Positions 7,501 to 17,100 of a stretch of 64,000 nucleotides of DNA are shown here, in pieces. Positions within the stretch are counted from its first letter, which is position 1, and each line of letters starts with the position of its first letter. Both the position numbers and the translations under genes were made by a program. The notes under the pieces were generated by a model. The model was not told the origin of the DNA. It ran no database searches and saw only the letters and a program-made list of their open reading frames with translations. This DNA comes from Auanema rhodensis (Eukaryota; Animalia; Nematoda), in contig OZ059897.1 of assembly GCA_964057225.1 (NCBI GenBank), positions 17,484,001 to 17,548,000 of the forward strand, written 5' to 3'.

Positions 7501-9770
7501 GTAAGCATTACACTTGTAAAGATGTAAAATACAAACCTTGTATTTTTCTTGCCTCTTTTTTAACTGATCCTTCTTCTTGTCGTTAGGTGGTACCCAACAA
7601 CAAGAATGATCTTCAGGCTTTGTTTGTCCACACTTTTTGCAAAATTTCTCATTGCAATTGTGCGGTCTATCTGCACGCACCCTGTGATAATGATCACAGT
7701 TTTCACATGTCTGAATTTAGTCTTGTAAAATTTTATATATATTTTTTAAATTACCTTAAACATTCGACATGTTTTTCTAATATGCCTGTCAAAGCATTGA
7801 CGAGTTTTAAACAAAACTCTACAACTATCACATCTTATGCTACTTTCAACCACATTTTCCATCGAATTACATTTTAAGGTGTGGCATTTCTTACACTTGG
7901 CTTTACATCTATGCAACACTGTTTTGTAAGATAATTTACAGTGTTGGCATATAATACCATCAAAAATCTGTGATCTACTACAAGTTGTAATACAGTCATA
8001 ATGATTATTTCGGTAGCCTAGTGTTACCACTTTGCTAGCCGTTTCATTAAAGATACGCTGAATAGCGTACATACGCTGTCCAGGTGGCCTAGCGTATACC
8101 ACAAACTTATAGTCTGTATTACAACTTGCAATAATATTTAAATGGTTCAAATTATAATTTGGTAAATGTACAGAAATACCACACCTATTCAATAAATTGA
8201 TATGATGTGGTTGATTTGGCAACAAGATGTAGTTGCGACGAAGATTTTGAATCCTCCGCTTCTCAACAACATCTTCTGCTGCCTCTTCATCGGCTCTCCA
8301 CATTCCCACAACTGCTGCTCTAGCCAGGCAATGTGTATCAGTGTTCTCAATTGTGCCAGGTATTTTGAGTTCGGCATCAAAATAGAAACCAACTCTACCT
8401 TCACCAGGCATCAGGCTTGGCTGCACTGGTCTCTCATCAAACACATACATTTCAATATTCATTGCCTGGCTAATTACAGCCTCTCGCTTTGACTGCTGCA
8501 CCTTGCTGATGGCATTCATGATGGCAACGCCATCCAAATGCTCCCTTCTACGGAAATCCATAAATATGGATCCCTTTTCAAAGGATGGGTGCTCTATTGA
8601 TAAACAAAATAGTGCTTTTTGTTTATCTGGCACACCACTTTCAGCAAGGCACCGATCAAGAAACTCATTAAATAACCGCGGCATGACAACATGCATTGGC
8701 TCATTAATGGCTTCCAAATGTGGGAACGTGAGCGATCTAACGACCACGTTGGTGAACCGACCAGTGCGTTTTATGCGTCGGTGTGACCACTATAATACAC
8801 ACTTTTTATAATGGTTATACGCTTTTAGTTTAAATATAAATAATTTTTGTTTATAACTTTTTATAAATTTACTTTTCTTTAAATTATTTTTATTAATGTT
8901 TAAAAATAAATGGCATTTGATTTTTAAATATAAAGTTTTTTTTTTTCAACTTTGAAAAAACTTTTATAAACATTTGTTAATGTTAAAAAATAAATGAAAA
9001 GGTCAAGATTGTGTTTTATTATTTTACTAGTTCAAAATGTTTGAAATATTTATAATTTGTAAGAATTCAAAATTGGTTGAAAGAAAGATAGATGAGGAAA
9101 GATAGATAGATAGTGAGATGAAATGTAAAGATTTTAAAATGAATGCTGTTCAAAAGAATGAATATGTAAATTTCAAAATACTTGCAATTTGCTTGATAAA
9201 AGATATAGATTGAGATGAAATGTAAAGATGAGAGAGAGAGCAATTGAAAAAGAGAAATAAATTTCAAAATGTTTTCAAAATATGCAACTGGAGCAAGAGA
9301 AAATTTCATGTTTCAAAAGATATATTATGAAATGATATGTAAATAAAAGATCGCACCTCTATTTTACAGACATCGTTGAATGCCGCTCCATATCCGACTT
9401 GTCCTCCACTGGTTGATGGGGTAGCAGGATCCCATTCGCTTAAAAAGAAAAAAAACTAAATGTTATAATTTTAATATCGCTTACTCATCACTGTCATCCA
9501 AGGTTATTACTTCAATAACCCTTGATGATGAGGGCCCACTGTTAAAAGTGGGTGATGTGGGCTCACAGAGCTCGATCCCACCAGCCTCGGTAAACTTTAT
9601 ACGTTTACTAAAAAACAAAATATATATAAAGATTCAAAATATTGTTAAATTACCTGAGCTGATTGATTTCTTCATAATCAAATCCTAGCTCTTCACATAA
9701 ACGTTTATAACTAAAAAAAGAAAAAGTTTACAAACAAATAATCAAAAAGACACAACCTATTAGCAGCCAT
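4563..9770 (-). CDS. polB: Protein-primed family B DNA polymerase polyprotein (terminal protein-like, vOTU-like, Zn-finger, exonuclease, VSR-like insert, polymerase); 14 exons, 1369 aa
   Basis: Exons (minus): 9770-9757, 9710-9654, 9607-9485, 9438-9357, 8789-7755, 7710-7537, 7491-6709, 6662-6435, 6391-6305, 6262-5558, 5515-5409, 5364-5087, 5043-4838, 4793-4563. They total 4110 nt and all phases are consistent. ExoI YDFET, ExoII AHNGSRFD, ExoIII YCRTDV, motif A DFCSLYP. Splicing restores motif B KLQLNS/VWGK, motif C YT/DTDS and KAKGV/TLD. The four 5'-most exons are less certain than the core. Confidence 0.93.
6663..6708 (-). other. GC-AG spliceosomal intron (46 nt) in polB
   Basis: Donor CAG|GCAAGT, acceptor TTACAG|CTG. 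Removal joins ...FASFSLFQ to LKMNHIKENQ... in frame. Confidence 0.8.
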
Positions 9771-10169
9771 TGTACCTTGATATAATGAATACATCAGTCT
9801 ACACATTGCTGTTGGCATTGTAATTTGTTATGTAACATGGATTTGGGTACAGCTGTCAAAACTAGCAGTTGCGATAAACTTTAAAATAAATAAGCTTATT
9901 GAATACATCTGTTTTTATTGTCCCCGTCGGATTAATTTTTGTTATTAGTTCTTATTAAATTAACTTTATGCGTTTCATTGAGGTCAGCGCAACTGTTTGT
10001 TAATCTTATTGTATTTACCTTCATTGTGTGCTCTATAGAGTTATTGTATTGTTATATTAGTAAAATAAAGTTTAAAACTAATCTTTTATTATAATTTGAA
10101 ACCTTTACTTGTTAGAATAAATATAATTAATAACAATTTGTAATTTCAAAAATTAATAATTTAATGTCA

Positions 10170-10321
10170 TTCTTATCGAATTAACCTTCGATATGTGTTC
10201 CATTGAATTTTGGTATTTCATATCGTTCTTATCGAATTAACTTTCGATATGTGTTCCATTAAATTTTGGTATTTCATATCGTTCTTATCGAATTAACTTT
10301 CGATATGTGTTCCATTGAATT
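10170..10321. repeat. 56-bp tandem repeat, ~2.7 copies, each with a TATCGAA-N6-TTCGATA dyad
   Basis: Units start at 10170, 10226 and 10282 and are near-identical. Confidence 0.92.
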
Positions 10322-10391
10322 ACCCATAACAAGTACGGTGAACAAAATTATCTACATGCAAAAATTTTATTGATCTTTAAAAATACAAATC

Positions 10392-10943
10392 AAGTAAACA
10401 AACATTATTAATAAATATAATAAAGAAATAAAGAAATAAATAAAATTTAAAAACAAATTTATATATTTAAAATTTAAATATTATTTATATATAAAATTTA
10501 AAGTTTAAATATAATTTATATATATAAAATTTAAATATAATTTAAATATTTAAAGTTTAAATAAAATTTATATATATATATATAAAATTTAAATATAATT
10601 TAAATATTTAAAATTAAGATTTTTATTTTTACTTAATATATTTAAAAATAATTGAAAATATATACATACATTTGAAAAAGCATATTTAAATAAAATTAAC
10701 AAAATAAGTAAACAAACATTATTAATAAATATAATAAATAAATAAATAAAATGTATAAACAAATTTACATATTTAAATATAATTTATATATATAAAATTT
10801 AAATATAATTTAAATATATAAAGTTTAAATATAATTTATATATATATAAAATTTAAATATAATTTAAATATTTAAAATTAAGATTTTTATTTTTACTTAA
10901 TATATTTAAAAATAATTAAAAATATATACATACATTTGAAAAA
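10392..10943. repeat. Extremely AT-rich imperfect direct duplication
   Basis: AAGTAAACAAACATTATTAATAAATATAATAAA starts at 10392 and 10706. Both copies end in ...AAGATTTTTATTTTTACTTAATATATTTAAAAATAATT(G/A)AAAATATATACATACATTTGAAAAA (~10679, ~10943). Confidence 0.85.
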
Positions 10944-11029
10944 ACAAATTTAAAATTTGATTTAAAAAAAAATCATGCTTTAAATCATGATTTTTAAATT
11001 TAAAAAAGGAAAATCCATGAACCATGATC

Positions 11030-11152
11030 CCAAAATATGATTTTAACAGCTGACGCTCAAAAATATGTTTTTGACAGCTGACGCGCCCCAAAAGTATGTT
11101 TTTAGCAGCTGACGCCCCCAAAAGTATGTTTTTGACAGCTGTTTGGGGGCGT
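11030..11152. repeat. Subterminal ~30-bp repeats (4 copies) with CAGCTG core, probably part of the terminal inverted repeat
   Basis: CAAAA(G)TATGTTTTTGACAGCTGACGC(CCC)-like unit; CAGCTG at 11047, 11075, 11106, 11136. Confidence 0.88.
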
Positions 11153-11181
11153 GGTTAGTAAATTTTGCACGGCTCTCTACT
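11153..11181 (-). repeat. Outer tip of Maverick terminal inverted repeat (5'-AGTAGAGAGCCGTGC...)
   Basis: AG-initiated AGT/AG short-repeat terminus exactly where unique sequence ends. The partner TIR is outside the window, so TIR length cannot be determined. Confidence 0.75.
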
Positions 11182-14100
11182 AACATTGCTTCCAAAAACA
11201 TTTTGACAAAAATTTTTTCGAAAAATTTCAAGATAATTTAGCAAAAAGTAGATGTTTTTAGATTCCTTTTTTCAAGGCAAAGACGATGGACAATGTTATT
11301 CAACGAAAAAATTAATTCTTCAGGGTGAAAATCGAGGATATAAGTGTGAACTTATATCAGTTGATATCTCGGTGCATTTTTAAGCTAGCGCAAATCTGAT
11401 AACACAGATCGACGCAGCTTAAAAATCCGCATCGAATGCACTATACTACATTGAGAAACGCTTGATACAAAAATTAGTTCTGATCGTTTGAAAAATGATG
11501 CATTAGTGTATGTTGAGTTTCCATGTACACTCAACATTGCTTCCAAAAACATTTTGACAAAAATTTTTTCGAAAAATTTCAAAATAATTTAGCAAAAAGT
11601 AGATGTTTTTAGATTCCTTTTTTCAAGGCAAAGACGATGGACAATGTTATTCAACGAAAAAATTTATTCTTCAGGGTGAAAATCGAGGATATAAGTGTGA
11701 ACTTATATCAGTTGATATCTCGGTGCATTTTTAAGCTAGCGCAAATCTGATAACACAGATCGACGCAGCTTAAAAATCCGCATCGAATGCACTATACTAC
11801 ATTGAGAAACGCTTAATACAAAAATTAGTTATGATCGTTTGAAAAATGATGCATTAGTGTATGTTGAGTTTCCATGTACACTCAACATTGCTTCCAAAAA
11901 CATTTTGACAAAAATTTTTTCGAAAAATTTCAAAATAATTTAGCAAAAAGTAGATGTTTTTAGATTCCTTTTTTCAAGGCAAAGACGATGGACAATGTTA
12001 TTCAACGAAAAAAACAATTCTTCAGGGTGAAAATCGAGGATATAAGTGTGAACTTATATCAGTTGATATATCGGTGCATTTTTAAGCTAGCGCAAATCTG
12101 ATAACACAGATCGACGCAGCTTAAAAATCCGCATCGAATGCACTATACTACATTGAGAAACGCTTGATACAAAAATTAGTTCTGATCGTTTGAAAAATGA
12201 TGCATTAGTGTATGTTGAGTTTCCATGTACACTCAACATTGCTTCCAAAAACATTTTGACAAAAATTTTTTCGAAAAATTTCAAGATAATTTAGCAAAAA
12301 GTAGATGTTTTTAGATTCCTTTTTTCAAGGCAAAGACGATGGACAATGTTATTCAACGAAAAAATTAATTCTTCAGGGTGAAAATCGAGGATATAAGTGT
12401 GAACTTATATCAGTTGATATCTCGGTGCATTTTTAAGCTAGCGCAAATCTGATAACACAGATCGACGTAGCTTAAAAATCCGCATCGAATGCACTATACT
12501 ACATTGAGAAACGCTTAATACAAAAATTAGTTATGATCGTTTGAAAAATGATGCATTAGTGTATGTTGAGTTTCCATGTACACTCAACATTGCTTCCAAA
12601 AACATTTTGACAAAAATTTTTTCGAAAAATTTCAAAATAATTTAGCAAAAAGTAGATGTTTTTAGATTCCTTTTTTCAAGGCAAAGACGATGGACAATGT
12701 TATTCAACGAAAAAAACAATTCTTCAGGGTGAAAATCGAGGATTAAAGTGTGAACTTATATCAGTTGATATATCGGTGCATTTTTAAGCTAGCGCAAATC
12801 TGATAACACAGATCGACGCAGCTTAAAAATCCGCATCGAATGCACTATACTACATTGAGAAACGCTTGATACAAAAATTAGTTCTGATCGTTTGAAAAAT
12901 GATGCATTAGTGTATGTTGAGTTTCCATGTACACTCAACATTGCTTCCAAAAACATTTTGACAAAAATTTTTTCGAAAAATTTCAAGATAATTTAGCAAA
13001 AAGTAGATGTTTTTAGATTCCTTTTTTCAAGGCAAAGACGATGGACAATGTTATTCAACGAAAAAATTAATTCTTCAGGGTGAAAATCGAGGATATAAGT
13101 GTGAACTTATATCAGTTGATATCTCGGTGCATTTTTAAGCTAGCGCAAATCTGATAACACAGATCGACGTAGCTTAAAAATCCGCATCGAATGCACTATA
13201 CTACATTGAGAAACGCTTAATACAAAAATTAGTTATGATCGTTTGAAAAATGATGCATTAGTGTATGTTGAGTTTCCATGTACACTCAACATTGCTTCCA
13301 AAAACATTTTGACAAAAATTTTTTCGAAAAATTTCAAAATAATTTAGCAAAAAGTAGATGTTTTTAGATTCCTTTTTTCAAGGCAAAGACGATGGACAAT
13401 GTTATTCAACGAAAAAATTTATTCTTCAGGGTGAAAATCGAGGATATAAGTGTGAACTTATATCAGTTGATATATCGGTGCATTTTTAAGCTAGCGCAAA
13501 TCTGATAACACAGATCGACGCAGCTTAAAAATCCGCATCGAATGCACTATACTACATTGAGAAACGCTTGATACAAAAATTAGTTCTGATCGTTTGAAAA
13601 ATGATGCATTAGTGTATGTTGAGTTTCCATGTACACTCAACATTGCTTCCAAAAACATTTTGACAAAAATTTTTTCGAAAAATTTCAAAATAATTTAGCA
13701 AAAAGTAGATGTTTTTAGATTCCTTTTTTCAAGGCAAAGACGATGGACAATGTTATTCAACGAAAAAATTTATTCTTCAGGGTGAAAATCGAGGATATAA
13801 GTGTGAACTTATATCAGTTGATATATCGGTGCATTTTTAAGCTAGCGCAAATCTGATAACACAGATCGACGCAGCTTAAAAATCCGCATCGAATGCACTA
13901 TACTACATTGAGAAACGCTTAATACAAAAATTAGTTATGATCGTTTGAAAAATGATGCATTAGTGTATGTTGAGTTTCCATGTACACTCAACATTGCTTC
14001 CAAAAACATTTTGACAAAACTTTTTTCGAAAAATTTCAAGATAATTTAGCAAAAAGTAGATGTTTTTAGATTCCTTTTTTCAAGGCAAAGACGATGGACA

Positions 14101-17100
14101 ATGTTATTCAACGAAAAAAACAATTCTTCAGGGTGAAAATCGAGGATATAAGTGTGAACTTATATCAGTTGATATATCGGTGCATTTTTAAGCTAGCGCA
14201 AATCTGATAACACAGATCGACGCAGCTTAAAAATCTGCATCGAATGCACTATACTACATTGAGAAACGCTTAATACAAAAATTAGTTATGATCGTTTGAA
14301 AAATGATTCATTAGTGTATGTTGAGTTTCCATGTACACTCAACATTGCTTCCAAAAACATTTTGACAAAACTTTTTTCGAAAAATTTCAAGATAATTTAG
14401 CAAAAAGTAGATGTTTTTAGATTCCTTTTTTCAAGGCAAAGACGATGGACAATGTTATTCAACGAAAAAATTAATTCTCCAGGGTGAAAATCGAGGATAT
14501 AAGTGTGAACTTATATCAGTTGATATCTCGGTGCATTTTTAAGCTAGCGCAAATCTGATAACACAGATCGACGCAGCTTAAAAATCCGCATCGAATGCAC
14601 TATACTACATTGAGAAACGCTTAATACAAAAATTAGTTATGATCGTTTGAAAAATGATGCATTAGTGTATGTTGAGTTTCCATGTACACTCAACATTGCT
14701 TCCAAAAACATTTTGACAAAAATTTTTTCGAAAAATTTCAAGATAATTTAGCAAAAAGTAGATGTTTTTAGATTCCTTTTTTCAAGGCAAAGACGATGGA
14801 CAATGTTATTCAACGAAAAAATTAATTCTTCAGGGTGAAAATCGAGGATATAAGTGTGAACTTATATCAGTTGATATCTCGGTGCATTTTTAAGCTAGCG
14901 CAAATCTGATAACACAGATCGACGCAGCTTAAAAATCCGCATCGAATGCACTATACTACATTGAGAAACGCTTAATACAAAAATTAGTTATAATCGTTTG
15001 AAAAATGATGCATTAGTGTATGTTGAGTTTCCATGTACACTCAACATTGCTTCCAAAAACATTTTGACAAAAATTTTTTCGAAAAATTTCAAGATAATTT
15101 AGCGAAAAGTAGATGTTTTTAGATTCCTTTTTTCAAGGCAAAGACGATGGACAATGTTATTCAACGAAAAAATTTATTCTTCAGGGTGAAAATCGAGGAT
15201 ATAAGTGTGAACTTATATCAGTTGATATCTCGGTGCATTTTTAAGCTAGCGCAAATCTGATAACACAGATCGACGCAGCTTAAAAATCCGCATCGAATGC
15301 ACTATACTACATTGAGAAACGCTTAGTACAAAAATTAGTTATGATCGTTTGAAAAATGATGCATTAGTGTATGTTGAGTTTCCATGTACACTCAACATTG
15401 CTTCCAAAAACATTTTGACAAAAATTTTTTCGAAAAATTTCAAGATAATTTAGCAAAAAGTAGATGTTTTTAGATTCCTTTTTTCAAGGCAAAGACGATG
15501 GACAATGTTATTCAACGAAAAAATTAATTCTTCAGGGTGAAAATCGAGGATATAAGTGTGAACTTATATCAGTTGATATCTCGGTGCATTTTTAAGCTAG
15601 CGCAAGTCTGATAACACAGATCGACGCAGCTTAAAAATCCGCATCGAATGCACTATACTACATTGAGAAACGCTTAATACAAAAATTAGTTATGATCGTT
15701 TGAAAAATGATGCATTAGTGTATGTTGAGTTTCCATGTACACTCAACATTGCTTCCAAAAACATTTTGACAAAAATTTTTTCGAAAAATTTCAAGATAAT
15801 TTAGCAAAAAGTAGATGTTTTTAGATTCCTTTTTTCAAGGCAAAGACGATGGACAATGTTATTCAACGAAAAAATTAATTCTTCAGGGTGAAAATCGAGG
15901 ATATAAGTGTGAACTTATATCAGTTGATATCTCGGTGCATTTTTAAGCTAGCGCAAGTCTGATAACACAGATCGACGCAGCTTAAAAATCCGCATCGAAT
16001 GCACTATACTACATTGAGAAACGCTTAATACAAAAATTAGTTATGATCGTTTGAAAAATGATGCATTAGTGTATGTTGAGTTTCCATGTACACTCAACAT
16101 TGCTTCCAAAAACATTTTGACAAAACTTTTTTCGAAAAATTTCAAGATAATTTAGCAAAAAGTAGATGTTTTTAGATTCCTTTTTTCAAGGCAAAGACGA
16201 TGGACAATGTTATTCAACGAAAAAATTAATTCTTCAGGGTGAAAATCGAGGATATAAGTGTGAACTTATATCAGTTGATATCTCGGTGCATTTTTAAGCT
16301 AGCGCAAGTCTGATAACACAGATCGACGCAGCTTAAAAATCCGCATCGAATGCACTATACTACATTGAGAAACGCTTGATACAAAAATTAGTTATGATCG
16401 TTTGAAAAATGATGCATTAGTGTATGTTGAGTTTCCATGTACACTCAACATTGCTTCCAAAAACATTTTGACAAAACTTTTTTCGAAAAATTTCAAGATA
16501 ATTTAGCAAAAAGTAGATGTTTTTAGATTCCTTTTTTCAAGGCAAAGACGATGGACAATGTTATTCAACGAAAAAAACAATTCTTCAGGGTGAAAATCGA
16601 GGATATAAGTGTGAACTTATATCAGTTGATATATCGGTGCATTTTTAAGCTAGCGCAAATCTGATAACACAGATCGACGCAGCTTAAAAATCTGCATCGA
16701 ATGCACTATACTACATTGAGAAACGCTTAATACAAAAATTAGTTATGATCGTTTGAAAAATGATTCATTAGTGTATGTTGAGTTTCCATGTACACTCAAC
16801 ATTGCTTCCAAAAACATTTTGACAAAACTTTTTTCGAAAAATTTCAAGATAATTTAGCAAAAAGTAGATGTTTTTAGATTCCTTTTTTCAAGGCAAAGAC
16901 GATGGACAATGTTATTCAACGAAAAAATTAATTCTCCAGGGTGAAAATCGAGGATATAAGTGTGAACTTATATCAGTTGATATCTCGGTGCATTTTTAAG
17001 CTAGCGCAAATCTGATAACACAGATCGACGCAGCTTAAAAATCCGCATCGAATGCACTATACTACATTGAGAAACGCTTAATACAAAAATTAGTTATGAT

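Larger units (their letters stand above)
1..11181. mobile_element. Maverick/Polinton (polintovirus) element, one terminal portion; continues beyond the left window edge
   Basis: Hallmark genes co-occur: packaging ATPase, minor and major capsid proteins, adenain-like protease, protein-primed PolB. Sequence ends in CTCTCTACT at 11181 (reverse complement AGTAGAGAG), matching the AG-starting short-repeat termini of Polintons, then switches abruptly to satellite. Confidence 0.95.

Noticed and set aside
4563-8747. polB as a frameshifted pseudogene or several separate genes
   Set aside because: Every break is bounded by splice signals with 42-46 nt spacing, and removal restores frame and catalytic motifs.
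782-8811. Short antisense/overlapping ORFs in the track (e.g. 782-979, 983-1264, 1553-1828, 2304-2601, 2807-3086, 4813-5067, 5712-5981, 8202-8811)
   Set aside because: Shadows of well-supported genes on the other strand or frame; no motifs.
9067-9309. 80-aa hydrophobic ORF
   Set aside because: Low-complexity F/I/L-rich translation of the pyrimidine-rich strand inside the long polB intron.
1-11181. Integrase or envelope fusogen gene
   Set aside because: No DDE integrase or large glycoprotein ORF in the window. They may lie beyond the left edge, so absence from the element cannot be claimed.
10906-11231. ORFs across the terminal repeats and junction
   Set aside because: Translations of the ~30-bp repeats; one spans the element/satellite boundary.
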